From assembly GCA_041748925.1 (NCBI GenBank), contig JBGTCI010000002.1:20086-84085 (forward strand): 64,000 bases of DNA. Reading direction: 5' to 3'. Source of the DNA: Nitrospiraceae bacterium. Its GTDB lineage: Bacteria > Nitrospirota > Nitrospiria > Nitrospirales > Nitrospiraceae. This document shows positions 1 to 9,017 of this stretch, piece after piece. The number at the start of each line of letters is the position of its first letter. Position 1 is the first letter of the stretch. The position numbers were made by a program, and so were the translations under genes. The notes under the pieces are model-generated. The model was not told the DNA's origin and did no database searches. It worked only from the letters and a program-made list of their open reading frames with translations.

Positions 1-92
1 GCATCTGCATTTCTTCTTGTGGGATCACGTCACCCCCACAGACTGTGAAAGCGGCATCTGAGACCGTGTAGCAGGAACAAGGAGGTGCTCTC

Positions 93-479
93 ATGAAACG
101 AGAACAGGTCGCATCTGGAAACGGGCTTCAATCTGTGGCGGAAGCGGTCAATCGAAGACAAGTTCCCCGGCCCTCGGTAGAGTTCGGGTTGATGTACTCA
201 GCACAAGACTCTTCCGGCGAGCTTCTCATGGGCGATGGTATGGTCACGGATCTCTCGTCTACGGGATTGGGCATTCGTGGCAACGCCTGCGTCACGCCGG
301 GGACAGAACTCACGATTTTTCTCTACCTCCCCGACGGGCAAGACCCACTGTTCGTCATGGAAGCGAAGGTGGCTTGGGCATCAGGACATCGGTTCGGAGT
401 CAAGATCCTCAAGATGAACCTGCGGGAACGAAACCGACTCTGTTACTTCTTACGGTCGAATCTCGCGCATTCCAATTAG
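93..479 (+). CDS. PilZ domain protein (stand-alone c-di-GMP receptor type)
   Basis: 128-aa ORF with RxxxR (RRQVPR) and D-x-S-x-x-G (DLSSTGLG), the two halves of the PilZ c-di-GMP site. AGGAGG lies about 7 nt upstream of the ATG. Confidence 0.8.
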   Translation: MKREQVASGNGLQSVAEAVNRRQVPRPSVEFGLMYSAQDSSGELLMGDGMVTDLSSTGLGIRGNACVTPGTELTIFLYLPDGQDPLFVMEAKVAWASGHRFGVKILKMNLRERNRLCYFLRSNLAHSN

Positions 480-536
480 ACCGATCGCCGGCTCATAGAA
501 AATTCTATCGCCGCGCGGCAAGGGACAGGCACATAA

Positions 537-962
537 GTGAAGACCCACCCCCCAGTTCAGGCCGCTGACCGCAGGACGGCTCAGCGAGTCCCTGTTCAGA
601 TCATGGTTCGACTTTCAGCAGCAGATAGCTTTCAACATGTCGGTCACGGGGTGGCCCTTGACCTGTCCGAGAGCGGGTGCAAACTCTGCAGCGCACAGCT
701 GTTGCCCGTAGGAAGCTTCTGGGATCTTTACCTGACAATCCCTGAGACACCCCGTCCGATTCTCATCTCGGAAGTTCGAGTGATCTGGGCCGTAGAAGAC
801 GAATACGGAATCGAATTTCTTCTCGTCAAGGCACGTGAACGTACTCGGTTACGTCATTTCATCTGGAAGCACATGGACCGCTCCACACTCAGCGTAGGGC
901 CTCCTTTGTTTACGCTTGTTGACCATTCGCGCCCGCGGCGACCACTCAAATCCCTGCCCTAA
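537..962 (+). CDS. PilZ domain protein
   Basis: 141-aa ORF with RxxxR (RRTAQR) and DLSESGC motifs. A GTG start is needed to include the RxxxR motif. Lies in tandem with the previous PilZ gene. Confidence 0.7.
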   Translation: MKTHPPVQAADRRTAQRVPVQIMVRLSAADSFQHVGHGVALDLSESGCKLCSAQLLPVGSFWDLYLTIPETPRPILISEVRVIWAVEDEYGIEFLLVKARERTRLRHFIWKHMDRSTLSVGPPLFTLVDHSRPRRPLKSLP

Positions 963-1107
963 CCTGCACTATTCATGACGTTTCTACTGCGCGCGCGGAT
1001 ACGCGCCTGCGACGAGTTCTGAAACCCCTTAGAACCCGTATTACTCGTACGGGCTATCAGTTCCGATCCAACGCTTGTCCTCTAGAAGCGCTGCGTGCTA
1101 GGATTTA

Positions 1108-1129
1108 GGTGAGTGAGCACTTACTTACC
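1108..1129. promoter_or_regulatory. Imperfect 22-bp palindrome abutting the TetR start (candidate TetR operator)
   Basis: GGTGAGTGAGCACTTACTTACC matches its own reverse complement at 16 of 22 positions. It ends 1 nt before ATG 1130. Confidence 0.35.
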
Positions 1130-1771
1130 ATGAAGAAACGAACGACACACACCACGAACGCGCAGCGGACTTCTGCGCGCGAGCGTCAAGCCAGCCTCAT
1201 CGTGGCCGCCGCTTCGCTCTTCGCGGCGAAAGGCTTCAACGGCACCACCACAAAGGAAATTGCCAAGGCGGCGGGTGTGAGCGAAGCCTTGGTCTTCAAA
1301 TACTTTCCGACAAAACGGACGCTCTACGCGGCAATCCTGGCAGAAAAAGTGACCGTCAACGAACTGCTTGAAGCGGTGGAGGCGGCGGCCAAGGATCACG
1401 ACGACCACCGTGTATTTACGATGATCGCGGGCTATCGCATTCGCCCCGGCGTCGATTCGACGCTCTTACGACTCCTCTTGTTCAGCGCGCTCGAAGGGCA
1501 TGAACTATCCGAGATGTTCTTCGGCAAGCACCACAAAGTGTTCTACGATCACCTCGCCGCGTACATTCGCACAAGGATTGCCGACGGCGCATTTCGTCCG
1601 GTCGATCCCCTTCTGGCAGCCCGCGCATTCATCGGCATGGTCGTCCATCACCGTCTGCTCCATGAGATCTTCGGAGTTCCGATGCATCAATCCCATGAGG
1701 ATACGGTGGCGACCTACGTCGATCTCTTCCTCACCGGATTGATCAAGCCGCCGGGGAGGCGTTCGCGATGA
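1130..1771 (+). CDS. TetR/AcrR family transcriptional regulator
   Basis: N-terminal HTH region (FNGTTTKEIAKAAGVSEALVFKYFPTK) typical of TetR. In-frame alternative GTG start at 1109. Its stop overlaps the next gene's start (ATGA at 1768-1771). Confidence 0.85.
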   Translation: MKKRTTHTTNAQRTSARERQASLIVAAASLFAAKGFNGTTTKEIAKAAGVSEALVFKYFPTKRTLYAAILAEKVTVNELLEAVEAAAKDHDDHRVFTMIAGYRIRPGVDSTLLRLLLFSALEGHELSEMFFGKHHKVFYDHLAAYIRTRIADGAFRPVDPLLAARAFIGMVVHHRLLHEIFGVPMHQSHEDTVATYVDLFLTGLIKPPGRRSR

Positions 1772-2955
1772 ATCCCCTGAAACAACATCCGATTGTCACG
1801 CTCGGGGTAATCATTTTCTTTGCAATCTCAGCGCTCGTCGTATTTCGCCTCAGCAGCGGCGCGAAGACCGATATTCGCAAAGCCCGCGTCATCACCGTCG
1901 CCACTGTGGCGCCGGTGAAGCAGGACATGGACATTCGGCTCACCTATACCGCCGACATCACCCCCAACCAATCAGTCAATCTGTTCTCACGGGTTGACGG
2001 CTACATCGCCAAAATCTACGTCGAAAAAGGCGACCTGGTCAAAGCCAACCAGCTTCTGATCGAGATCGATCACACGGATTATCAGCATGCCGTCCACCAG
2101 GCCAAGGCAAACCTGGCTGCAGCCAGAGCGAGAGTCGCGCAGCAGGACGCCAGTGTCCGCAACACCACCCTCACGCTCAATCGGATGCAAGCCTTGATCA
2201 AAGACCAGTTTGTCTCGCAGCAGGATCTGGATAACGCCCAGGTCGCGTACGACGCGGCTGCGGCTGCGCTCGACTCACTCCGCGCGCAGGTCCAGCAGAT
2301 GGAGGTCGCCTTGGCACAGGCCGAGACGAACCTGGCCTACTCGTATATCCGTGCGCCCTTCGCGGGCTACGTAGCCGAGCGCAACCTCGACCTCGGCTCC
2401 TATGTGAGCGGGGCAACCGCCGGCACTTCTACCATCTCGCGCGGGATTCTCACCCTCCATGAGATCCAGACGGTTCGTATTCTGATCGAGGTCGTTGAAA
2501 AAGACGTTCCGCTCATCCATGTGGGTCAAAAGGCGGAAGTTCGCGCCGAGGCCTATCCAGATCGCGCTTTCGAGGGCACGGTCACCCGCGTCGTCCAGGC
2601 ACTGAACCGAGCCACCCGCACGATGACGATCGAGGTGGATCTCCTCAACAAAGATCGTGTGTTGAAAGGCGGCATGTTCGCCAGGGTAGAGATCTTGGTC
2701 GGCACCCATCGAAACGCGATTCAGGTCCCCATCGACGCCGTGAGTCGATTAGAAGACTCCCAATATGTCTACATTGTTCGTGAAGGAAAGGCTCAACGGG
2801 TTCAGGTGGACATCGGAGCCCGCGACGAAAACCGGGTGGAGATCACCAAGGGATTGGACGGATCGGAACAGGTGATCGTCTCCGGAAAGGACCTCGTGCA
2901 CGACGGCGCCCCCGTGCAGACGCAGTCGATGGATGCCGTAAAAGATGAGAAGTAA
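1768..2955 (+). CDS. Efflux RND transporter periplasmic adaptor subunit (MFP/HlyD family)
   Basis: 395 aa with an N-terminal TM helix, a coiled-coil rich in A/Q/L, and lipoyl and beta-barrel segments (IRAPFAGYV). Positioned between a TetR and an RND permease gene. Confidence 0.9.
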   Translation: MNPLKQHPIVTLGVIIFFAISALVVFRLSSGAKTDIRKARVITVATVAPVKQDMDIRLTYTADITPNQSVNLFSRVDGYIAKIYVEKGDLVKANQLLIEIDHTDYQHAVHQAKANLAAARARVAQQDASVRNTTLTLNRMQALIKDQFVSQQDLDNAQVAYDAAAAALDSLRAQVQQMEVALAQAETNLAYSYIRAPFAGYVAERNLDLGSYVSGATAGTSTISRGILTLHEIQTVRILIEVVEKDVPLIHVGQKAEVRAEAYPDRAFEGTVTRVVQALNRATRTMTIEVDLLNKDRVLKGGMFARVEILVGTHRNAIQVPIDAVSRLEDSQYVYIVREGKAQRVQVDIGARDENRVEITKGLDGSEQVIVSGKDLVHDGAPVQTQSMDAVKDEK

Positions 2956-3059
2956 AAAGTGAAACGTGATCTAAAACCACCCTGCCATCCTCCACGTCCC
3001 AACTCATTCCCTGAAGTCTTACGTTTCACATTTCACTTTTCACATTTAACCTCTTCATC
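2938..3059 (+). repeat. Heptamer-arm hairpin (GTGAAA/TTTCAC type) spanning the MFP stop to the RND start
   Basis: GTGAAACGT (about 2959-2968) pairs perfectly with ACGTTTCAC (about 3022-3030). GATGAGAAG, the last MFP codons, pairs with CCTCTTCATC immediately 5' of ATG 3060. The right arm is TTTCAC-type 7-nt repeats. Confidence 0.7.
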
Positions 3060-6000
3060 ATGTGGCTGACCCTTCTCGCACTTCGCAACCGCATCGGCAT
3101 CCTGATGCTGTCCCTGGCTATGATGATTTTGGGCGGCACCTCCGTGCAGCGGCTACCCGTCGATCTCTTTCCGCAGATTCAAGTGCCCGTCGCCTTCGTC
3201 GGCGTCATCTATAAAGGCGCGCCGCCGCTCGACATCGAACAGAGTGTCGTCTATCCCATCGAGAAAGCCGTCAGTTCTGCCTCGAACGTCGAGCATGTCG
3301 AGTCGTTCGCAAAGCAAGGCATCGGCGCGGTGCAGATCTGGTTCAACTGGGGCGCGGACATCAACGTTGGCCAGATGGAGGTGATGCAACGCGTCACCCA
3401 AATTCTCAATAGCCTCCCGCCGGGCATTGGGCAACCCTTCATCGTTAAGTTCGACGTCTCCAATATCCCCGTCTCCCTCGTCACCGTCTCCAGCGACGAC
3501 CTCGATGAACGGGCTCTGTACGACCTGGCCTCGAACACGATCGCTCCGCAGATCGAACAGATCGCCAACGTCGCCGCTGCCACCGTGGAAGGCGGGAAGA
3601 TCCGCCAGATCAATATCAACCTCGATCCGGCACTCCTGAACGCCCGAAGCCTCTCGATCCTCGATGTCGTCAACTCCGTGAAGGCGGCCAACCTCATTCT
3701 CCCCTCGGGTGACATCAAAGCCGGCAATCTGGACTACAATGTCTTCACCAACAATCAGTTCCGCGCGGTCGACCCGATTCAAGACGTGATTGTGAAGATC
3801 AACGCACAGGGCAGCCCTGTGCGTGTACGAGATGTCGGGACGGTGACCGATTCGTCTGACATTCAGACCAACATCGTCAGAACGGACGGGGCCAGAGCCG
3901 TGTACTTACGCGTCAATAAACAACCCATCGCCAACACCGTCGCGGTGGTGGATGCGCTGCGCAAGACCTTGCCGAACTTGGTGGGCCTTCCTCCCAGCGT
4001 AAAGGTCGGGATTTCCTTCGACCAATCGGTCTATATCCGCCAATCGATCAGCAACCTCATCGAACAAGCCTTGCACGGATCGCTGTTGGCCGCGTTGGTC
4101 ATCTTGATTTTTCTCCGTAGTGTGACGAGTACACTGATTATTTCCGTCGCCATTCCTCTCTCGATCATGGTGACGTTCATCGTGCTGTACTTCTCCGGCC
4201 AGACCTTGAACGTGTTCACGCTGGGAGGACTGGCACTCGGGATCGGCCGGCTCGTCGACGATTCCATTGTGGAACTCGAGAACATTCAACGACATCTCAA
4301 CACCTCGTCCCGTCGCTGGGAGGCGATCCTGGAAGCGGCCCGCGAGGTGGCGATGCCCATTCTTGCGTCGACGGTCACTACAGTGGTCGTCTTTCTCCCG
4401 ATTTTCTTCGTCGCCGGAATTGCTCGCTTGCTTCTAATTCCCCTAACCATCACGATTGCGATCTCACTGTTTACCTCCTTTTTCGTCTCCCGCACGGTGA
4501 CTCCGGCGCTCTGCTACAAATTCCTCAGGCCGGAGCAGGAGTCTCATCGTTCAATGCCGGCATGGTTCAAGCGCCTGATGGATTGGAGCCGTGAACGGTA
4601 CGAATCGTTGGACAAAGGCTACGAGGAATCGCTCCGCTGGGTCTTGGCCCATCGCTGGCGCTTCATCGCCGGCATTCTGCTCCTCTTCGCCGCGTCGCTC
4701 GCGCTGGCGCCCAAGATCGGTACGGAGTTTCTGCCGGTGTCGGACGAAAGCCAGTTCCGCATCGTTCTGCGCGGACCGGTCGGTCAGCGAGTGGAGAAAA
4801 CTGAGCAGCAGGTGGCCGAGGTCGAACGGGCGCTGCGAGCACAGATCCCTGCCAATGAGTTGGAAACCATCGTGTCCAGTACCGGCGTGTTGGCTCAGGG
4901 CCGCTCCTCTCTGTTCAATTCGAACACCGGCCCCCATACGTCGGTCATCTCCGTCCATCTCGTCACGCCGGACAAACGGACGAGAAACCAAGTGCAAATC
5001 ATGAACGACGTGCGGCCCAAGGTCTTACAGCTCTTTCCGGGTGTCGCGATGTCGTTCGATCCGGGCGGGATCATCAAACGAATCACCAGCTTTGGGTCGC
5101 AGAAGTCCGTCGACGTGGAGATCTACGGCTACGATTTAGAGCATGCGCGCGGGGTCATCCGGCAGGTCGAAAGCATGATGCACCAAATACCAGGCCTGGC
5201 CGACATCGAAGTCAGCCGCGAGGAGAACTATCCCGAGGTCAACGTGGTGGTGGATCGCGAGAAGGCCGCTCTCCTTGGTATCAGTGAAACGAACGTCGCC
5301 ACCGCCGTGCTCTACTCACTCAACGGCAACGGCCCAACCGACCCCATCATCTACACCGACCCTCAAAACGGGAACGAATACTTCATCAGTGTCTGGCTCG
5401 CGGAAGAACACCGAAAGAGTCTCACAGACATCGAGAACATCGTGTTGACCACGCGAGCCGGAGAACCAGTCCTCCTCAAGAACGTCGCTTCACTCAAGCT
5501 CAATGCCGGCCCGGTAAAAATCGACCGCAAGTACTTTCAGCGGGTGGTCCATCTGACCGCCAACCCTGTAGACCGTGACCTCGGCGCCGTCGCCGCCGAC
5601 CTGGAAGCAGGCTTAGCCAAGATCCAGCTCCCCACCGGCTTCAGTATCCGGTTAGCCGGCCAGATTCAACAACAGCGAGAAACCTTTGAGGGCCTGCTGT
5701 TTGCCACAGTCTTGGCGCTGGTGCTCGTGTACATGGTGATGGCGGCTCAGTTCAAATCGCTGATCGACCCCTTCGTCATCATGTTTTCAGTCCCGATGGG
5801 CTTCCCTGGCGTGATCCTGATCCTTTTTCTGACCGATACCACTCTCTCCACCACATCGATGATGGGCATCATCATGATGCTGGGCATCGTGGTCTCAAAC
5901 GGCGTGCTCCTGGTGGATTATACGAACATCCTACGCCGGCGAGGTCGAGAGTTACACGACGCGGCCATCACTGCTGCGCGGACGCGCCTCCGGCCCATAC

Positions 6001-6239
6001 TGATGACCTCTCTCGCCACCGTCCTGGGGTTGCTCCCCATGGCCATCGGGTGGGGCACCGGCGGCGAAACCAACGCCCCGTTGGCGCGCACGGTCGTCGG
6101 AGGGCTCAGCTTCTCGACGATCCTCACGCTCTTTCTCGTCCCCACGATTTATGTGATGTTGGAAGAACGGTTCCCGCGCCATGCGGACAAGACCCCAGAG
6201 GATGTCGACTGGGTGCCGGCAGAACCAGCTGCTCGATAG
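3060..6239 (+). CDS. Efflux RND transporter permease subunit (AcrB/HAE family)
   Basis: 1059 aa with a 12-TM architecture and two large periplasmic loops. Conserved RND segments present (GLALGIGRLVDDSIVELENI). No outer-membrane factor gene follows. Confidence 0.95.
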   Translation: MWLTLLALRNRIGILMLSLAMMILGGTSVQRLPVDLFPQIQVPVAFVGVIYKGAPPLDIEQSVVYPIEKAVSSASNVEHVESFAKQGIGAVQIWFNWGADINVGQMEVMQRVTQILNSLPPGIGQPFIVKFDVSNIPVSLVTVSSDDLDERALYDLASNTIAPQIEQIANVAAATVEGGKIRQININLDPALLNARSLSILDVVNSVKAANLILPSGDIKAGNLDYNVFTNNQFRAVDPIQDVIVKINAQGSPVRVRDVGTVTDSSDIQTNIVRTDGARAVYLRVNKQPIANTVAVVDALRKTLPNLVGLPPSVKVGISFDQSVYIRQSISNLIEQALHGSLLAALVILIFLRSVTSTLIISVAIPLSIMVTFIVLYFSGQTLNVFTLGGLALGIGRLVDDSIVELENIQRHLNTSSRRWEAILEAAREVAMPILASTVTTVVVFLPIFFVAGIARLLLIPLTITIAISLFTSFFVSRTVTPALCYKFLRPEQESHRSMPAWFKRLMDWSRERYESLDKGYEESLRWVLAHRWRFIAGILLLFAASLALAPKIGTEFLPVSDESQFRIVLRGPVGQRVEKTEQQVAEVERALRAQIPANELETIVSSTGVLAQGRSSLFNSNTGPHTSVISVHLVTPDKRTRNQVQIMNDVRPKVLQLFPGVAMSFDPGGIIKRITSFGSQKSVDVEIYGYDLEHARGVIRQVESMMHQIPGLADIEVSREENYPEVNVVVDREKAALLGISETNVATAVLYSLNGNGPTDPIIYTDPQNGNEYFISVWLAEEHRKSLTDIENIVLTTRAGEPVLLKNVASLKLNAGPVKIDRKYFQRVVHLTANPVDRDLGAVAADLEAGLAKIQLPTGFSIRLAGQIQQQRETFEGLLFATVLALVLVYMVMAAQFKSLIDPFVIMFSVPMGFPGVILILFLTDTTLSTTSMMGIIMMLGIVVSNGVLLVDYTNILRRRGRELHDAAITAARTRLRPILMTSLATVLGLLPMAIGWGTGGETNAPLARTVVGGLSFSTILTLFLVPTIYVMLEERFPRHADKTPEDVDWVPAEPAAR

Positions 6240-6365
6240 CAGGATGCTGAAAAATCCCGCCAGCGGCGTTCTCACCTCGAAAGCATCCTCAACGTAGCCC
6301 AGAGGCTACGCCTCCGGTGCTTTCATCGGCTGCGGCCTTGCTGATCGGTCTTTTTGAGCATCCTG
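6240..6365 (+). repeat. P125 palindromic element, copy A
   Basis: CAGGATGCTGAAAAA...TTTTTGAGCATCCTG, 126 nt. Starts immediately after the RND TAG stop (6237-6239). Centre is CCTCAACGTAGCC-loop-GGCTACGCCTCCGG. Confidence 0.9.
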
Positions 6366-6393
6366 TGAAAGCTCTGGGCAGAGCGGCTACAGA

Positions 6394-6726
6394 TCACCTG
6401 ACAGATGGAAAGAGCGCCTTCAGTTGCATCGCCAAGCCGATGTCCCCGCTGATCTTGAGCCGTCCGGACATGGCAACGGCTGGTCCACTCAACTGGCCCT
6501 TCAGAATCTTAATGCAATCCTCTCCCGCCATCGAGAGCACCACGTGCGGGTCCGCATGCATTCCTTCTACAACCTGGCAGGCTCCATCCCGGACTGTGAG
6601 AATGTACTGCCCGCCCTGCGCGCCGCTCAGATCGAATTGGTAAACCACATCAAGATCTTCGGCGGCATCTGCATTGAGCCGACCTGGGAGAAGCTGAAGA
6701 AACTCTTTGACAGTGGTGGGGTTCAT
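6394..6726 (-). CDS. SCP2 sterol-binding domain protein
   Basis: 110 aa. Pattern D..V.QF.L.G..GG.Y.L....G......G.....D....M...D...I..G.L....A.M.GRLKI.GD..LAM.L is typical of SCP-2. Confidence 0.75.
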   Translation of the reverse strand: MNPTTVKEFLQLLPGRLNADAAEDLDVVYQFDLSGAQGGQYILTVRDGACQVVEGMHADPHVVLSMAGEDCIKILKGQLSGPAVAMSGRLKISGDIGLAMQLKALFPSVR

Positions 6727-6874
6727 GGTTCGTGTGAAGGCGAGGACATCAAGCAGGATGCTGCAACAGTCCGCAAGCTTTCTGAAAATTTAAGACTCAG
6801 ACCAAGGCTGAGATTGCAAGAGTTTGGTCTTCGGTCAACACCTTGACCTCAACCTCAGTCTGGTCAAATCGATA

Positions 6875-6902
6875 CCGGGAGCCGCTGCCCCGCGGCTCCC
6901 GG
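6875..6902 (-). terminator. GC-rich hairpin 3' of the AdoMetDC-like gene
   Basis: CCGGGAGCCGC-tgcccc-GCGGCTCCCGG, an 11-bp stem starting 8 nt after stop 6910 on the minus strand. It is followed by a weak U-containing tract (UAUCGAUUU). Confidence 0.55.
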
Positions 6903-6909
6903 TCTCTTC

Positions 6910-7350
6910 CTAGTAACGGAGCGTGACCGTCGCGGCACTGCGACGCGCGCCGAAAAAGTCCTTGGAGAACGCCTCGACGACGGCAGGGTCATAGCCCTTG
7001 CAGCTGAAAATGTCGAGGTACGCGTTGTTCGTATCGTTCGCAAAATGGCCGCTGATCAACGAGGTCGAGATCAGCTGCACCATGGAATAACCCGCGACGC
7101 GGCCGGAGCCGAAATCGACGACCTGGCACTCGCCAAAACGCTTCATGTCGATAAGCTCGCAGAGCTCAACGACATAGCGGCGAATATGGTCGGCATTTCG
7201 AATCAGGTCGGGATGACAATCTTGGAGGTCGACGGCAGTGCACAGTCCCCACGCCTTCCCCTCACCCACCATTTCCTGGGGGGCAATGGAAGCAGCTACT
7301 GGGGACTCGGATGGAAAGATCGCGGACTCGGATTCAGGCGAGCTACTCAT
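6910..7350 (-). CDS. S-adenosylmethionine decarboxylase-related (SpeH/PF02675-like) protein, divergent
   Basis: 146 aa. Core VAGYSMVQLISTSLISGHFAND...YLDIFSCKG aligns to SpeH ...LIAESHISIHTWPE...VDVFTCG. The self-processing Glu-Ser site reads Thr-Ser here. Has a 35-aa N-terminal extension. Confidence 0.6.
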   Translation of the reverse strand: MSSSPESESAIFPSESPVAASIAPQEMVGEGKAWGLCTAVDLQDCHPDLIRNADHIRRYVVELCELIDMKRFGECQVVDFGSGRVAGYSMVQLISTSLISGHFANDTNNAYLDIFSCKGYDPAVVEAFSKDFFGARRSAATVTLRY

Positions 7351-7519
7351 AGCAGTTGTACACCTTTCTGTTAGGAGGGTAAAAAAGCTGTGACGGCGGA
7401 CTATTGTTTCGGACTATACCATGAAACTTTTCACATCAGGGAGAATGATGAAACTTTTTTCACACCGAGGCGTTCAGGGTCACTCGATCAATTGACAAGG
7501 TTCTCAGCGGTCGGAGAGA

Positions 7520-7726
7520 ATGCCGCACATGGCTCATATCACTCCACTCACACCGAACCCGACTCCGCCCTCAGCCGACCTCCCCGATCGCCTCTGCACC
7601 TGGTGCCAGGTGCCGATGAAGAAACGTCTCGTCGGTGGGAAACAGTTCGTCCACTACACCTGCCCGAAGTGCATCTTCCAGCACACAACCAGGATAGGCC
7701 CCAAACCACCCAGTCCCGCGCACTAA
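7520..7726 (+). CDS. Small zinc-ribbon protein (hypothetical)
   Basis: 68 aa with CTWC...(21 aa)...CPKC, a 4-Cys ribbon. GGAG lies just upstream. Weakly supported, and ends 5 nt before N9 repeat copy 1. Confidence 0.4.
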   Translation: MPHMAHITPLTPNPTPPSADLPDRLCTWCQVPMKKRLVGGKQFVHYTCPKCIFQHTTRIGPKPPSPAH

Positions 7727-7731
7727 AACTC

Positions 7732-7821
7732 GGTCTATCTGGTCTATTCGGTCTGTCTCGTCTGTTTGGTGGAACAAAACTAACCAGATGAACCAGACAG
7801 ACTAGATAGACCGGATAGACC
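7732..7821. repeat. N9 nonamer-arm hairpin, copy 1
   Basis: Left arm GGTCTATCT GGTCTATTC GGTCTGTCT CGTCTGTTT, a short loop, then a right arm that is the imperfect reverse complement (...CAGACAGAC TAGATAGAC CGGATAGACC). Fills the gap between convergent stops at 7726 and 7837. Confidence 0.9.
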
Positions 7822-7836
7822 AAACGAACAAGACCG

Positions 7837-8160
7837 CTACCGGCGAGAAAAACTTGTTTGCACGTGATCGTCGAAGATATGGGAGAGTCGCTCCCTGTCC
7901 TCCGGACTGATCGAGGTGATCTTCGCTCCGAACTTCGGGGAACGCACGTGGATGACTTGCAGGCCACAGGTCAAGGTTCTCCCTTGCTCAAGTTCAATCA
8001 CGAGTTGGAGCGCATCGCCGCTTTTCACGAACAAGCGGCTTTCAATTCGAACGCCTGTCTCGCTGACATCCAAAACCTTGCACGGCGCCGAAAGGGCCCC
8101 TCGCTGCAGACGGCCGCCCCGGCTTACCTCGACACGTGACCCTTTTCGCTTAAACGCCAT
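7837..8160 (-). CDS. PilZ domain protein
   Basis: 107 aa with RKGSR (RxxxR) and DVSETGV (DxSxxG) motifs. Confidence 0.75.
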   Translation of the reverse strand: MAFKRKGSRVEVSRGGRLQRGALSAPCKVLDVSETGVRIESRLFVKSGDALQLVIELEQGRTLTCGLQVIHVRSPKFGAKITSISPEDRERLSHIFDDHVQTSFSRR

Positions 8161-8231
8161 CGGCTCCGGCCTCCTGTGGTCGACATCTTAGCAAGCGGCC
8201 ACACCGCTCCAAAGGAAATTGCCAAATAAAG

Positions 8232-8615
8232 CTAGAGCTTTTCCCCTGCGAGGGCACGCACCTGTTCCATCCGCTTGCGATTGACGCCAAGATCGCCGTA
8301 GCCGGTGCGGGAAGCGGAACGGAAATGGATGGTCTTGGCTTCGTCGTCGAACAGAAACTCGACATCGTCGACAAAGCGAATCAGCAGGCTGGTGAATTCG
8401 TAATGCAGATACGACTCATCTTCTTCAACAAGCGTGGTGCGGGGCAAGGAACGGATGACTTCCTTGAGTGCCTCCTTCGCCTCAGCCCGCGACTTGCGAT
8501 AGCGAAATGGCGCGATGGCATGGCCCTGATCCTGAGCCTGTGTGGACACACAGTTGGGGCTGGAGGGGCAGGGGGCTAGGGTGCGAAGCGTCATGAAACA
8601 ACTCCCGGCAATCAT
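8232..8615 (-). CDS. DUF1499 family protein
   Basis: 127 aa. CPSSPNCVST...HYEF.S.L.RFVDDVEF motifs match my recollection of DUF1499. The start overlaps the FKBP stop (ATGA), with an alternative start at Met8. Confidence 0.65.
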   Translation of the reverse strand: MIAGSCFMTLRTLAPCPSSPNCVSTQAQDQGHAIAPFRYRKSRAEAKEALKEVIRSLPRTTLVEEDESYLHYEFTSLLIRFVDDVEFLFDDEAKTIHFRSASRTGYGDLGVNRKRMEQVRALAGEKL

Positions 8616-9013
8616 TCAATCGAGGACAGACTCTCAATCTTGCGCGACCAGATCTCACAAATCAACACCGCGTTGGGAGGAATGAGGTCCGGAATGCCTT
8701 TATCTCCGTAGGCCAGGTGGGGACTGATTCGCACTTTCCGATAGCCGCCGGCTTTCGTGCCGATGACGGCATGATCGATTCCCGCGACCGCCTCACGGCG
8801 TCCCAGTACGATCGTGTGATCGATCAAGGGCTCACCATCGACAAATCGTATCAGCTCCTTCGGAAGGGGCTTTGCCTGTGTCTTGTTTAGCGGAGCCTCA
8901 TCACCCTTGTTCAGAAAGAGCCTTATATTGAACATGACACGGTCGCCTTTGTTCGCAGGCACGCCTTCGCCTTCTCGTTCCTCAAGCAATTCGAGACCAC
9001 TGAGTTGTTTCAT
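8612..9013 (-). CDS. FKBP-type peptidyl-prolyl cis-trans isomerase
   Basis: 133 aa. C-terminal GYRKVRISPHLAYGDKGIPDLIPPNAVLICEIW matches the FKBP signature (..iPp.laYG......IPpna.L.fev.l). Confidence 0.85.
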   Translation of the reverse strand: MKQLSGLELLEEREGEGVPANKGDRVMFNIRLFLNKGDEAPLNKTQAKPLPKELIRFVDGEPLIDHTIVLGRREAVAGIDHAVIGTKAGGYRKVRISPHLAYGDKGIPDLIPPNAVLICEIWSRKIESLSSIE

Positions 9014-9017
9014 CTCA

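Noticed and set aside
7548-7967. Long ORFs crossing N9 repeats, with periodic peptides such as NRRDRPNRPDRP or LSGLSGLFGLSG. Examples are 7548-7967(-), 7390-7791(+), 19343-19525(-), 39032-39445(+), 18408-18557(+) and 26918-27871(+).
   Set aside because: The periodicity comes from 9-nt tandem DNA units being read as 3 codons. These ORFs overlap convergent gene ends or better-supported genes and have no start signals.
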